A stretch of DNA of 54,410 bases, filler included, from Bipalium vagum (GCA_037834085.1; 3 parts of 3 records of this genome joined end to end with filler, not necessarily neighbours in it); one strand, 5' to 3'. Shown: positions 38,146-52,309, counted from the first letter of the whole stretch. The notes: generated from the letters alone by a model not told the origin. Made by a program: numbers and translations.

Positions 38146-40129
38146 ATTTATATTTATTATATAATAATATAATATAAATAATTAGAAGAAATTATTTATT
38201 CTAATTATTTTATTGAATAAATAAATTCGAAATCAATCAAAACTTTTTTCGATAATCAATTTTTTTAAATAAACAAATATTTATTTTATTTTATTTTCTG
38301 ATCTGTCTGGTGTAATGTGCATAAAATAAATATTAAATATTGCTAACGAAACAAGGGCAAAAAATTTATTTATACAAAAGTTTTCAAAATATTTTCTAAA
38401 GGAAAACAGTTGCTATCAAATGTAAAGCAAATCGCTTGGTTAAATAAAGTAATTATCAAATTAATGCGATAATTGAGGAATTAAATACGTCAATAAGACT
38501 GGGAAAATAAATCAGATGCTTTTACTATTATTTTATATTTTATTATTTTTGAGAAGTAAGATGTTATCAACTTCACTTCAATTCGGAACTGATTTATTTT
38601 TCATAAAATAATAACAAAAATAAATATTTAATACAGTGCGACAAACTTATTTACGCAACACTTAAAATCAATAAATTTTGATTTGCCTCCGATTAATGTT
38701 ATATGATTCATCCAATGTGTAGACACCATTTTAAAATAAGTTTCAAATAAACCAATTAAATCACATGAACTCAGGTATAATTTTGTTTTAAGAGTCAAGT
38801 GTTCCTTTAAAGTTAGATGTTAAAAACCGTCATTTATTTATTTACAACCTAATATTAACGCACTCATTTCAAATTAATATAATTTTTTTTCAATTTTCCT
38901 TCAATAAATAAAGTTTTGTAAGATTTTAAAGGTAAATGATATATTTTATTTTGACGACCAAAGTACCATGTGATGAAAAATGGAAAAATGTGGAGTGAAG
39001 GTTTTGCCTGTTATTGATAAAATAGAGCAAAAAAACGAAGAAGGAACAACTTAAATTGTCAATGAGAAAAGTCTTGTTTTAAATGGTTCAAAAAATAAAA
39101 TTATTTGTTTTACAAAAATAATATTACTTAATTTCTTAATAATAACTGTGATTATATATTAAATTTTTGTGCCAAAAATCCCAAATAATAGTAAAAAAGG
39201 TAACGTAAAAAGAAATTTTTTCAATCAAATAAATATGTATTAATTAATTATGTTACCTATTTAATGCATATTATTAAATTAAGTAATAAATCCTTAAACA
39301 ATAATTTGATTGGCAAATAATAATTAGTCTGAGATTTACAGCTCATTAAAACCATATTGCCAGAAATGGTTAATAAGCTTTTCCAAAAGTAGCACAAGAA
39401 ACAAAACAAAAAAAATCGCAATATATTTACAGATTCCTTAACGAAAGAAAAGCAATATCAGATTAACAGGAAAAATAATTTTCTGACCCTAATTGCATTT
39501 TGGACCTCATATATAACTTTAGGATATTTTGTTTTAATGACTTAAATAAAGTTTATTTTGTTTATTTGATTGATAATATTGAATTACTTTGATTTTAAAT
39601 ATTAATCGGTTACTTTTGCAAAATACTTTTTTCCAAATGAAAATCATCTTTTCTTAATTCATTATTTATTTATTTAAATTTTTAAATATTTTTTTTAGAA
39701 AATATTCCAAAAAAAAATATTAAAATTATCGGTTAAAGCGTTGAGAATAATCTTGACGAAATATTGACCTTAATGAAAAGTAAGGTCTATGGAAAGGTCG
39801 TTTAGAAAGAAAGAAAAATCCGTCACTCAATTAAATTACGACCAGATAAAATTGAAATGATTTCAAAAGCCGAAACATTGATAAATTAATTTAATAATAC
39901 AATAATCAATAAGTGTACATTTCAATTCAACGATTTTTATTTTTTCTTCAACGCTAATTCTGTCATTACTCGATCATTGATACATAATGGAAAATAAAAA
40001 TAATTAAATTGCCATTTTATGTATCACATATCAACCTACACGTGACAATAGTTCAGCTAAACAAAGATTTTCCAAGATTTATTACACTTTCAAGTTGTAA
40101 ATCTACTTAATTGACACCCTGCATATAGA

Positions 40130-41680
40130 TCAAATACTGATGATAAATATCGTTTAGATAATCTTGGTTTTTGGTTTTCCTACTGCTTGAAAACTGCCAA
40201 AACTTTTGACTCTGAATGTTTCTGCCATCAATTAGACAATTATCATTGCACTTTTCGAAAAAATATGATTCACTTTAGTTTTTGAAGAAAAGGGCTATTT
40301 GATAGCTCCTTTTCACGGCTACAGTTAGCGTCTGTTCCTCTCTATGGCTTACTTTGTCAAAATGAAACACTATGGAAAACTGGACTACATAAGGAATTAC
40401 TTACAAACGTTTTTTGAAAAAAACAGAAACTATTGAACTTTATTCCGATGGCATTCATTGAATGGTAGATATTGGGTTGTTAGAAAAGTCATGACGTATT
40501 TTGTCAACAGTTGTTTATTGTTCATTTTAGAAGGAACATAAATAATTTAGTATGTAATGTTATTATGACATTTTATTATATCATTTCATATGAAATGAAA
40601 TTTAAAATGGAAGATCAAGATATGCATTTTCGTCATGTTTTACTCTTTTACTTTCGTAAAGGGAAAAATGTGAAAAGTTACGTGAAGTTTACGGTGACAA
40701 TGCTGTACAGAACGTCAGTACCAACGGTGGTTCACAAAATTCCTGGATGAGAACTTTAACACAAAAGACGCCCCTCAATCTGGAAGACCTTCCGAGATTA
40801 ATGAAGACAAAATACAGGAACTGATTCAATTAAACCCGCATGGCAAACTCAAGATATTTCAGACATATTAGTGATTTATCACTCAACCGTTCTTGACCAC
40901 TTGAATAAGTTAGGATACAAAAGCAAACTTAATATTTAGGTTTCTCATGCCCTCGAGGAAGTTCATTTAATGGCACGCATAAACATCTGTGATATGCTCA
41001 TGAAAAATGAGGAAACCATACCTTTTGGAAAAGGTTAATAACTGGGGATGAGAAGTGGATAGTGTACAACAATGTCGTACGCAAACGGTCTTGGTGCAAA
41101 AAATTATGATACACCTATGTTATGCTCTCAGTGTGGTGGGACTTTAAATGAATCGTGTATTTTGAAGTCTTAACAAGGAACAAAACGATTAATTCAAATA
41201 TGTATTATCAACAGTTTATATGAATCTGTCATCAAGAAGCATCCAGAACATGTTCGTCGTAAAGTATTTGTTTGGCATCATGACAACGCAAGACCATATG
41301 TTAGTTTGATGAGCCGTTAAAAAATATTAGAGTGGTTGGGATGTTTCACTACATCCACCTTACTCGCCCGACCTGGTACCATCAGATTTCCATCTGTTTC
41401 GGTCTCTGCAAAGCTCTTAAGTTATATGACGTTCAATTCCGATGAGACTATAAATCAACACCTAGTTCAGTTTTCAATGACAAAGACAAGAACTTCTAAG
41501 AAAGAGGAATTATGAAGCTCAAGGACAGATGAAAGATGGTTATCAATCAAAATGGACAACATATAATTGATTAATCTTTTTTTATATTAAATATATATTT
41601 CTTCAAAATAAAAAAAATACGTCATGACTTTCCGACAACCCAATAGATGTCAGAGAGTAATTTGATGGAAAATATTTAAT
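40130..41680 (+). mobile_element. Old mariner C-terminal remnant that hosts the 40472-41643 insertion
   Basis: KTFDSECFCHQLD ... FYSDGIH*MVD|RCQRVI..GKYL reads through once the inner element and one TA are removed. Confidence 0.65.
40472..41643 (+). mobile_element. Near full-length mariner (DD34D), mellifera-subfamily-like; transposase is a pseudogene
   Basis: TIRs TTGGGTTGTTAGAAAAGTCATGACGTATTTT / AAAATACGTCATGACTTTCCGACAACCCAA with TA TSD. Motifs MEDQDMHFRHVLLFYFRKGKN, ITGDEKWIVYNN, WHHDNARPYVS, HPPYSPDLVPSDFHLFRSLQ. Several frameshifts and stops. Confidence 0.95.
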
Positions 41681-41779
41681 CTATTAATATTTTTATGTTA
41701 CTAATAATAAAAAATTTTTTCAAGTTATTTTGATTAGGGGCTCATAATTAAATGACAATAAAAACAAACAAATCAAAGT

Positions 41780-42480
41780 TAACTACAAGCTCATTGTTTT
41801 CATTCCCTTTTTCTATTAATACCAGACTTGCTCTCTTTTGAGAATAGGTAAGCAGAAACAGTTTAATAAAAGCATAATAATTTCACAAGATACATAAAAA
41901 TGACCGTTACTAGCCACATATTTCTCCCATCTCTCAGTTAACTTATACATATCGCTCAAAGACAACCACTGGTTTTGAAGAGAACCATTCATTGGCCTGT
42001 TTTCAGGTATCTTCCTATGTGCCATTGACCGGAATTGATGAAAACTTGAAGAGCGAGATCAGGTGACTGGTGAGTACTTACTAGGTTATAATTTTAACAT
42101 GCTATTAACAATTTCAGAAGTGTATGGGGTACGTTGTCAAGAAAAAAATATTTTCCTTGTCTGTGGTCCATTTTGTATGTGTATGTATAAGTCTAATCTG
42201 TATAATTTATTTAAACATTAATTCAAATGGGTGCTTTCATAACCCTAAGATCTAAAAGTTTCACATAATTTGAGATGTTCATGTTACACCACATCATTTT
42301 AGCAACAAAATGATTAAATTTATATACTAAAACAAATAAAATTCGGGGTAGCTATTGTACCTAAATTTTCTATGTTATAAAACTGAATTGTCACAAATGA
42401 AACCCGGATATTATTTAATCGATATTTTAAAATAATTATGCAGCTGAAAATAATGCAGAACTTTTTCCATAAACTAATGC
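41780..42480 (-). mobile_element. Internally deleted mariner
   Basis: SPDLA...MAH...MYKLTERWEKYVASNGHFY corresponds to the mariner C-terminus (KLPERWEKVVASDG.YF). A TIR-like end lies near 42450-42478. Confidence 0.7.
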
Positions 42481-43159
42481 ACAGGTACTGTTAATCATGG
42501 TATTTATTAAAATAAACGTGCTTAATATTTTGTTTTACTATTAAAAAAACGTTAATTATTTTTAAAATTTCAAAAAATGGTAAACAATCCTACATTTATT
42601 ATGAAATAAAAAACAAATTCATAATAATTAAAGCTTAAGGATTATATGTTGCAAACAAATATTTATATATTTAAGTTAATCTAAAATAATTGTTTATATA
42701 AATCACTTCTTTATATTGATATCAATGTAAACTTTTAAACACCTTTTTCAGTTAAGTAAAAATAAAAATTGATTTAAATTCTGATAATCAGGAACCTGTA
42801 ACAAGGAAAATCGGATTAAATAAAAAAAACTATTAATTATGAAAATAATAAATCTGATCATTTCTTTGGTTAGATAAAACAATTATGGTGTCTTGATAAG
42901 TACTGTAATAATAAGGGAGGCAATTATCATGTTACAATAATCATTAATAAAAAATTCGTTTAAGAGAAAAAATGATTAAAAAAAATACTTGTTCGTAAAA
43001 GTATTTTCCCATAATTAATTACTGTAATGGCAAATTTATAAAAGTAAGATAATTATTTTGTAATTAAATGGAACAGAAAAATTTTCAATATTGTCATATT
43101 TTTATCTTAAATCAGAAATGAGCAAAAAAAAGATTTCAACCTTATATCAGTTTTGGTGT

Positions 43160-43960
43160 ACAAGGTGTTTCATTTTCCTACTAACCACATTTTTTGATCT
43201 CGGAAATTCTAATATTTAATCAATTTTTAACTTATACAGAAATAAGTTTTAATTGTATTTCATTGAATTGACAACATTAAGTTTTCATTGGTTAAAATTC
43301 TCGATATTTAAACTTTTATCACAATTTCAGTTTTTCATTATTTCTGCAGCGCTCATCTGTCTTTTCAATCCAAAAATCATTGTATTTGATCTAGTATAAC
43401 CAATTTTATAGCCTAACGAAGGTGTTGACATGTAACTGAGAAAATCGAAAGACGATTTTAAATCGATATTCTATTAAGTCGTTTGAAATTGCAGAGAAGC
43501 AACGTGTACCTGTTTTTGAAGCACACTAAGGATTCTTTAATAAACTAAGCAATTCGAAATCTCAAATTTTGAAGGTTCGTTTTTACAAACGATACTATAC
43601 TACACAATGTAATAGGCTAAACAGAATTACAGAAGTTTTACATATCAACCTATATATTACATAGCTCATTTAAAAAGTACCCAAGTATGAATTATAACTT
43701 CGCTTTGAAAGTTTATATTTAAAGACTTAAAGGACCATATGGAAGTGGCATTTCATAATAAAGATATATTCAGTTTTAGAGATCATCAGACAGTTCTTAA
43801 AGAAATCTGAAATACAAGTTTCGAATCTTTGCAATTCCTAAGACTTAATTTGATGTTAAGATATATGTTTAAGATGGTAGAAGAGTTAGAATCATTTCGC
43901 AAATCACAAAATTATATGGAATTCTGTACTGTGTGAACAGAGAAATGTTATGTTCTTTTT
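43160..43960 (+). mobile_element. Highly decayed Tc1-like element
   Basis: TA+CAAGGTGTTTCA TIR-like start, with only faint catalytic-domain-like remnants. Confidence 0.3.
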
Positions 43961-45634
43961 ATTGTTAAAAATGCTTAATTGAAGGAATTCTGAAATTCTT
44001 CATCTTTTAATTCTAACACTTTTTATCAGAACAAAACATACTCCATTTAGTTTAACCTTTTCTTTTTTCAATTAGGGTTTTTTATACTTTATCAGGCTTA
44101 CACATACAGTGAAATTTTATCTTCGGCAACAATAGTTGAAAGAAATTTATTTTCATAAACCTTAAGTTTATAAATTTTTGATAGAATCTTTAAAGATTTT
44201 TCATTACTTCATGATATAAACATATTGATAAACCATTTCTGTACAGAAGACCAATGACAACGGAGTCTTTAAACTGATGTCAAACTTGAGTAGTTATTTC
44301 GTAAAATCATATTTTCTTTCTATTCTGATCATATTGAGTATTTTGCTTTTATAATATCGGAAACTTTCCGAGCTGAAACTGGTTTTCCTTTGTCCATTTC
44401 TAATTTTTTAAATTTACAAATTTATTTTTTGATAAGGTTTTATGAATACCCAAAAATCATGAAATATATCTGTCCTAAAACATGTATCCAACCTGATTTT
44501 CGGAACTCATCTATAATTAGGACTATTTTGCGTTTTCATGTGACATCTGAAACTTTTGGCTTAATGTAAGTACCGATAAAATAGATGTTTTCATTGTATA
44601 ACTAATTTAAATTAATTATTGGTATTTTCTTTAGCCTTTAAAATTGTGCCAATACCTTGTGATGATATTATTAAAACTAACTTTAAATGTATTTTTTTAA
44701 ATTAATCTATTAATTAATGTTTTTTTTAATAAAAACTTGTTAAAAGTAATTTTAAAATATAAAAATTTTTTTGAAATGCACTGTGAAACCTCAAGTTATG
44801 CCTTCACCTTTAATAAAGACAAATAGGCGATTTTCGAGTTTTTAGAAATAAAACTTCATCCCCATTAAGTAATTATTTTTAATATTCAAGTATTTATGTA
44901 AAATTATGCTTGGAAAATTTAACAATAATAAATTTATTATGAATAAATACATTATCTACACTCCTCTGAAAAAAATTGATTCAGGGTTAACAGTTAATCA
45001 TTGAATTCTATCAGTTAAATCGTTAGGAAAAATTACTTTTCCTGAATTTGTTGACCGTTTTCAGAATGCTTTCATTCATTTTATACTCTGAAATAGCTTT
45101 AATTTTGTATGATTTATATTTCATCTAAAAAGGAAAAAATCAATAAATAAGTAAATATTTCATCTTAACACAATCTGAGATTATCGGTGTTCTTTAAAAT
45201 TTTCATAAATTAATAAATCCTCGTTCCTTTAGAAAAGATCTCATTGTCTGCTTTTAATTCTGGAAAATGTAGACCAATGGTGCATCATTTCAGGTTCTAG
45301 ATTAAACAGAATGTCTATTAAAAAAATTTTTGAAGTGCTTATTATCACTAATAATTTATGAATTACTAGCTGACCTTTTTGACAACAATTTTAATAAGGA
45401 ATCTTTAATAAGGAAACTTTAATAAATATTAGTGCTGAGTATTGTCCAATGTGTGTAATAGACAGGAACGTTAACCTATACCATATTGTAAATATCTCAT
45501 AATAATATCCAATTGGTGTTTCATGATGTATTATATCAAGCATCAATATTTCCATTTGTTGTTTTTTTATCTTAAAATAGAGATTTAATAATATTAAGCT
45601 GAACCAAAGGTCCGTGCGTTTCTTATACAGTATA

Positions 45635-46921
45635 CAGTCTGATATATAAAATTATCCAGTAAAAAAGTTACAACATTTATATTATATGTATATTATATTT
45701 ATATACAGAAAACAATATATTGATAATATTTGGTATATTCTCTAGCTGCCTCGACTATTGCGGAAAGCTTTCGCTCCATAGAATCTGCAAGGCTGTATCG
45801 GTAATTCTCTTCTCCCATGATAGTGGTCCACAAATCCTAACACTTGCTGAACAGGTGTAGTTGACTTTATGAGCATATGATTAATCTGGTGTTCCATGCG
45901 TCCCCACTTATTTTCGATGGGACTAGCATCAGGACTGATTGCTGGCAACGGCAGAAGAAGTCATGATTATCGAATGAATCTCTTGTAAATTTGGTAGTAT
46001 GGATTGGTGCATCGTCTTGCTGGTAGAATTTTATGTTGTTCATTTGATCGACGAAAGGAAGGAAATTCTGTTCTAATAGCTCAAAATATCCTTCATAATT
46101 AAGCCGCTGTTGCATTCTAACCAAATAACTGTAACCATCTCTAGAAAGCGATCCCCACACCATGCAGAAACATGAACTTCTGTTTGGAAACCGATCCTAC
46201 AGTCTAGTTCTTTTCCTACGCCATATAAACTGTTGTCTATTATTCATCTGGAACTTTGATTCATCACTGAAGATGATTGCTGACAAGATTGTTTGGCGAT
46301 GCTATTGTGCCTACAACAAACGTGCTGCTTTGTGAGCCTTTGAAAGGAAGGACTTGTGTGCTGGAGAAAAAGAAAAAAAAACAATATTCTTCAAGCGTCA
46401 ATTGATACTTTACCAGATGATACTTTTTGGATAGCAGACAAGTCTGATGCTACTTGCCGAGTTCCTTTGAACGGATGCTGTTTGACATATCTCGCAATAT
46501 GCCTGTCAAACCTATCTGTTGTTTTTCGCGGTCTCTTACATTTGATACGGTTTTCTTCATGTGGCATATCCTTATTGATGTTTCGCTGGTAATATTTACT
46601 GACAGCAGACAGTGTCAAATCAAGAGTACTGGCTATCTGTTGACATGTTCAATCCGAATGTTTGCGTAATGCATAAACCTATCCTTTATGAAAAGGCGTT
46701 AAATCGACACCACATATAATTTGACGAATATATTAGAAATTAAACTAAACCAATATTCTAGGTGATTTATAAAGCAAAAACTCTTACATGGTTTAACAAA
46801 ATGAATTACAGAACTTTAAATTAGAATTGACAACTTTAAATAATCTGATAATTATAAACAAATCTATTTAATTGAAAAAGTATTGAATTTTTTGTACTGG
46901 ACAATTTAATGTATCAGACTG
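45635..46921 (-). mobile_element. Full-length Tc1-family (DD34E-type) element with disrupted transposase
   Basis: TIRs CAGTCTGATATATAAAATTATCCAGTA / TACTGGACAATTTAATGTATCAGACTG. Motifs KRPRKTTDRFDRHIARYVKQHPF, IIFSDESKF, MVWGSLS, FYQQDDAPIHT, PAISPDASPIENKW lie in three frameshifted ORFs. The right TSD reads TC. Confidence 0.95.
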
Positions 46922-47139
46922 TCTATATGAACTGATATTTAAACCTGGTATATTTTATTGATTTCAGTAAGTATCACATCATTTTATAGATTTTTAAATG
47001 AGGTTTAATATGAACTGTAAGTATTTTTATCTCTAAAAGTTTTATAATTATTTATTATTCCATATTCAGAATAAAGAAATAGATAAGGAAATACTTTATA
47101 TTTTTCTTAATTTTCCTAAATTTGATTGATAATAATCTC

Positions 47140-47570
47140 TGATAGACTTCGATATGAGACCGGAGTATATTTTAAAATGATATGAGATAATAGTTTGAGG
47201 TTTGTAATCAAACCTCTGGCGTTTTCTAACATTCAAAAAAGTACTCAACTGTGAAATTCAACAAGAATTATTTGTAGTCTATAGATATCTTAAGCCGCAA
47301 AGGAATTACAATGACAATTTCAAGGAAATTTATTTCCGGTCTCAAATGGTAAATTAACCTATTGAAACACTGTCTTCGCAATGAATGGTGGATGGAACGT
47401 ATTCAGCTTGAACGAAAAATTTTCATAAACACAAGTTTCCAGCTCTCTCAAATACTCTGGAACAGTACTTTAATTAGGCTATCTATTGATAAGATCGACC
47501 TACTATTTTTTGGAATGAAAATGTTGTTATTATCTGATCATATCTTTTTAAAAGAGATCCAAATATAGTC
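47140..47570 (+). mobile_element. Non-LTR (LINE) reverse transcriptase remnant
   Basis: LFVV-IDI, then ERKIFINTSFQLSQILWNSTLIRL...GMKMLLLSDHI, resembling decayed 'D...AF', 'PQG..LSP.LWN' and 'YADD' motifs in the right order. Confidence 0.5.
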
Positions 47571-47671
47571 AATAATTAATAAAATATAATTAGATCTAGT
47601 TTCTGGTCCGATTTAAAAAAAATATAAAAGACCAAGAATTAATAAAATCTTTTATTAATTACTTATATAAA

Positions 47672-48010
47672 TACAGTTTCTTTGCAAATGTTTAAGGGCC
47701 TTCATTTATTTTTTTAAGGTCGTTATTTATTGCGTGAAATGAAGGACAACAAGATTCATGCTTTTTATTTTCAGTTTCCGATTATTTATGTTAAACACAT
47801 GTCAAGCTTAGATATATATCATAGATTTCTTAAATGACGAAATTTCAGTCCTCAGATTTTTCAAAATCTCATCCGTTGAAATCCGTGAATTATTTCATAT
47901 TAGGGCATAAAGTATGTTCTCTTTCATGACGGAAAGTCGTCTAAAGGGAATTGGTCTTCTAAGTTAAAGTTCTAATTTCAAAATCTTGCAAATTATTTTT
48001 TAATGGTTCG
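47672..48010 (-). mobile_element. Tc1-like fragment
   Basis: RRLSVMKENILYALI*NNSRISTDEILKNLRTEIS resembles the Tc1 second HTH. A TA+CAGT TIR-like end is at about 47672. Confidence 0.45.
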
Positions 48011-48292
48011 GAGAAAATAAGTGATATCTAAGTAAACGCTCTTAAATTTTTTTACATTTAACGTTTAAGCTTTTCTAGAAATCAGAAAACATGACATGTA
48101 GTAATACATTTTTCCGATGATAATTTTTTTAAATCTCACTCTAACGTTAAACCATTATTTAAAAAAAATGTTGTAGTGAAATATTACCTAATAATATTAT
48201 ATCGATATTATAACTTGTTAAATACAAAATATATTTTTAACGCTTGACAGCTCAAAAAGCATACATTGTTTGAAAACTTTTACAATGATCTA

Positions 48293-48525
48293 CAGTCCCC
48301 GCCAAAAGTCCTTGGCCACCATGTAAAAAAGCATAGTTTATCTTTTAGTTATTTATTCTTCAGTTATTTATTTTTTTTATTGATAAATTTTGATTAATGA
48401 TTACCTTCCAAAAAACTATTGTTATCTCCTAAAAATATTAGTGATCGCTTATTATTAATGACTAGAATCATATAAATGCATTTTTCTAGAATTTTAAGAG
48501 TGGCCAAAGACTTTTGACGGGGATT
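48293..48525. mobile_element. MITE with Tc1-type TIRs
   Basis: CAGTCCCCGCCAAAAGTCCTTGGCCAC / GTGGCCAAAGACTTTTGACGGGATTG, with TA flanks. Confidence 0.88.
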
Positions 48526-49097
48526 GTAACACAATAATCATTTAATTGGTCAAATGTCAAGTGGTAAACAATGTTATATGAGAAATAATTTTGAAAAAGA
48601 GGTCTTACATTACTGACAGAGATTAATTCAGCTTATCTATGTACCTTTTACTCACCACTCACGAAAACATTATTTATTAAGAAAATAATATTCTAAGATA
48701 ATATATAAAAACTATAATCTTGAGAAAAATAAAAAATATATATTACTAATTATAAATGATTATTTTTAGAGATTTTTTAAATTTACAGACTGAAATAACA
48801 TAAAAAATTATTTATTTTACATTTAATTTATTAATTACTTTGTGCAATGAACTCAATCTAGAAATTTCTCAAGGTTTAAATTATTTACGATTTAATATTT
48901 AATCAATAATTTATTCTTCAAAAAACAGACATGATTCGAAATTTAATTTCCTGAAAAACCTTTTCTTTTTCTCTTTCCATGAATCAATTTTAACCGGAAT
49001 TCTCTTTTATAATGAATATGAAATACGTTGCCTCTATGATGAATTCATTATTCATAAAAGTTTCATAAGAATTTCACAATCAATTTTATATAATAAT

Positions 49098-49126
49098 GAT
49101 AAATAAATAAATAAATAAATAAATAA
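49098..49126. repeat. (AAAT)n microsatellite
   Basis: Directly visible. Confidence 0.85.
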
Positions 49127-49470
49127 AACAAAAATTTATTTGGTGAAATCAAGAACTTAAAATTGAATTTAACCATCACTGTTTTTGATATTTGATAAAG
49201 ATTTTCCAATTAAAAAGTTCATATTCAACGCTTGGAGATAATTAATTAAATAAAATACCAATAATAAAAAATTAATCAATTTCTGAACTTAACATGATCA
49301 GATTATTTATTATCAATTTTAATAAGTTTAATTAAAAATAAATAAATAAATCACTGACATAAAGTGAAACAAATGATTGTGTTAGTGATATTTTAATTAA
49401 AATTGATCTTTAATTCCAAATATGTGTAAATAGAAATTTGAGTGAAACAGAGTTAATTTTAATTAAATTA

Positions 49471-50056
49471 TTCGGTTGTAACAAAACTTTTCGTGAATTT
49501 AATGTATTACAGTTTTTGTTTAACCAGATACAGATCAGTAAATACATTTATTTGAAATCTATTTTATTTATTAACAAAATTATAGTAAGTAAATTTTCCT
49601 TTATTAATTCATACTGCAAAAATTAATTTTCACAACCTAATATTTTAATATATCATTAAGTGATTCCTTTCTATGATAACGCAAGGCCGCACACAGCAAA
49701 TATTACCAAAACCACTCTCCAAGAGCTCTTTTTGGAGGTTCTCCCACACCCTGCGTATTCTTCGAATCTTGCGTCAACTGGTTTTTATATTTTCCGCTCG
49801 CTGTAAAACTAAATGAAATGTATTACTTTTCAGAACGAGGATCAACTTAAAATTTTGATCACAAATTTCTTTCAGAGCAAATCTAGCAATTTTGGGAAAA
49901 AAGATTTCGACAAATTGATGAAAAGATGAGAGAAGGTTCTAAACAAAGTCGGAAATGATGTTATTGAATGATTTCATTATTATTCGTAAATAAACTGTTT
50001 TAATTACCTCATTTTATGTATTGTAAAAAATCACGAAAAATTATGTTACAACCTAA
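49471..50056 (+). mobile_element. Internally deleted mariner with both TIRs
   Basis: TIRs TTCGGTTGTAACAAAACTTTTCGTGA / TCACGAAAAATTATGTTACAACCTAA with TA flanks. Translation FYDNARPHTANITKTTLQEL.LEVLPHPAYSSNLASTGFYIFRSL...KLMKR*EKVL. Confidence 0.9.
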
Positions 50057-50079
50057 TAAGATTTTATTTGATTTATAAG

Positions 50080-51147
50080 CCAAAGCACTTCATCACTTTG
50101 GATTATTTTAACATAACTATGCAGGAAATTGGAATAAATTTTTTTTGATTAATTATAGAATAAAATGTTCACTCTCGAAGTTTCAGTAAATGGAATCTCG
50201 AAAGAATGGTTGAGGTATAATATTTCCGATAGAGCTAGTACCTTTTTTAAAATAAGTAAATGCTTTATGGTTGGTCGAATGTTTGTAAGGTAATACTTGA
50301 GTCTATTTCAATGACCAGGTACTGAAGATTTTACATTTTCAATACATAAGATGAAAAGCTCGTAGTAAAAGTTATTAGCTTAGATTCCAGAATGCAAATC
50401 CTATAATTTTTTGAATTTTTATTCATTCTGCCTTTGCTCGACCTTCCTGCAAAATTTTTAGTACAGAAACTAAAAACCTCATGTATTGGTCATTGAATCA
50501 GATTTATTCTCTTGATTGTTTTTAGTTTTTTATTTCCTTTCAATTCCATGACATTATTCTTAATTTTCCATCGTTTAATGAGACCTAAATGAACTCTAAA
50601 ATTTGATGAACTTAGAACATTTTGAATTGCAAGGTATAAGTCCTTCGCTTTAATTCTTATAAAAAAACCGTCTTAAGATTTCTTAATAACTGATATTTTA
50701 AAATTTTGTATATTTAAACAAATGATAAAATTAATGTTCCTGTTATTGATGGTGTAATATATGATTAAGACAAGAATAACTTCATAATAAAAATTGAAAT
50801 TTGATTTACAAATTGTGTGTATAGATTTTTATAATTTTCAAAAATTTTGAAACTTTGAGTCTTCTTGGTACCAGTCTTTTACAACCAGACAGGACCCCTA
50901 CCATATCAAGGGATGACCCAAAGCATCGTAGTACAATTAGTTTGGATTGATATATAAAATCTGGTATTTGATTCGTTTATTCTATTACATACATCATATA
51001 TATTGTACTTAGTTATTGTAAATAATAAAATTGATTTGCATTTTGTATTAGTTAAAAATTAGACCAATAAAATTGTTTTTTTCATAAAATGTTATTTAAT
51101 GAATGAGTTTTTTTAATTCTAGTGTTCACTAATTGCAGGTTTGACTG
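50080..51147 (-). mobile_element. pogo/Tigger-type transposon remnant
   Basis: Minus-strand terminus TA+CAGTCAAACCTGCAATTAGTGAACAC. IRIKAKDLYL...FRVHLGLIKRWKIKNN resembles a CENP-B-type HTH, and LQTFDQ resembles LQP.DQ. Confidence 0.6.
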
Positions 51148-52309
51148 TATCTGATACACACATTTATATATATAATATCAGATTTCAATCATTCTTAATT
51201 ATGAAAATCCCTCACTGCATACTCTGCAAAACAACAGGTTATTTACCATTATGTAAAAATTGAATTCTAGACATATCCATATTCAAATCCTGATTTCATA
51301 GACCTTTAATTATTGTTATTTTTATCAAATAAAAACCTTGGTCACACATTCTCATATCATAAGGAGGTTGTACAAGAATTAGAAAAAGCTAAGCTTGAAT
51401 TGAAATAAATATTTCAAGAAATAGATAAATATTATATCTACTTATTCCGAAAGAAAATTTATTCCCCATAGTATTGTTCATAATTAACTTAATAAGAGAA
51501 AATAATGATTTCTTTTAAAAAAAACTCTGGTTTTCCTAGAAACTTATTCAAATTATGAATAAAAGTTAAAAATTAACATTTATAAAAGTAATTACATTAT
51601 CCCTAAATCTTTTTAAAGAAAAATACAATTATATATTTTAATAAAGTTTGTGAAAAAATCTTTTCTTAAAAAGTGAAATTTAATTAAGTTTAAAATTAAT
51701 TACTTTAATTTTAATAATTAAAAAAGATGACGTAAATTTTATTAATAATCAGTAACTTTTATTAAAATTATAAAAAATTTTAATATTTGAAATTTTATTC
51801 CAAATAGCAATTCGAATTTTGATAGGCTGAAAAGGACATAATTCACGAAAATGTTTTATAAATTTGAGAAACAAAAAATGTTTTTATTTATTGAGATGGT
51901 TACTTATTTATTTTAGATAAAAATCAATCTCCCTTAAAATAAACTGCCACTTTTTGAACAGAAATTTTTATTGAAATTTCAGCAAGAATAAATGTGAAAT
52001 TTGTATTTTAATTGAAGCGCTATTTATGAAGCTCATATCAATTTAATTAAGATATAATTTTAAAAATTTTCGATTATTATTATTATAAATATTAATATTT
52101 TTAATATCTACCCGCTTATAGTCTAAATCTAAGTATTTTAATAATAATTTATTTGAATATACAAATACAAAATATTTTAATAAAAATAACCAAATTAGAA
52201 CTATTTTATATTAATATAAATTTAAAAAATATATATGACAATTTTATAAATATTTTAAAGTAATAAATTCTTTTATTTATTAATCCATCGGTCGAGTTTA
52301 TTTACTTTA

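Noticed and set aside
44050-44660. piggyBac-like remnant
   Set aside because: Only a vague resemblance, with no TTAA-CCC terminal pair established.
2405-49626. Most short ORFs in the supplied track (e.g. 5243, 12376, 14905, 18203, 20443, 25679, 32412, 35123, 46356, 49438)
   Set aside because: They are F/I/K/L/N-rich chance ORFs of AT-rich DNA or antisense shadows of exons and transposases.
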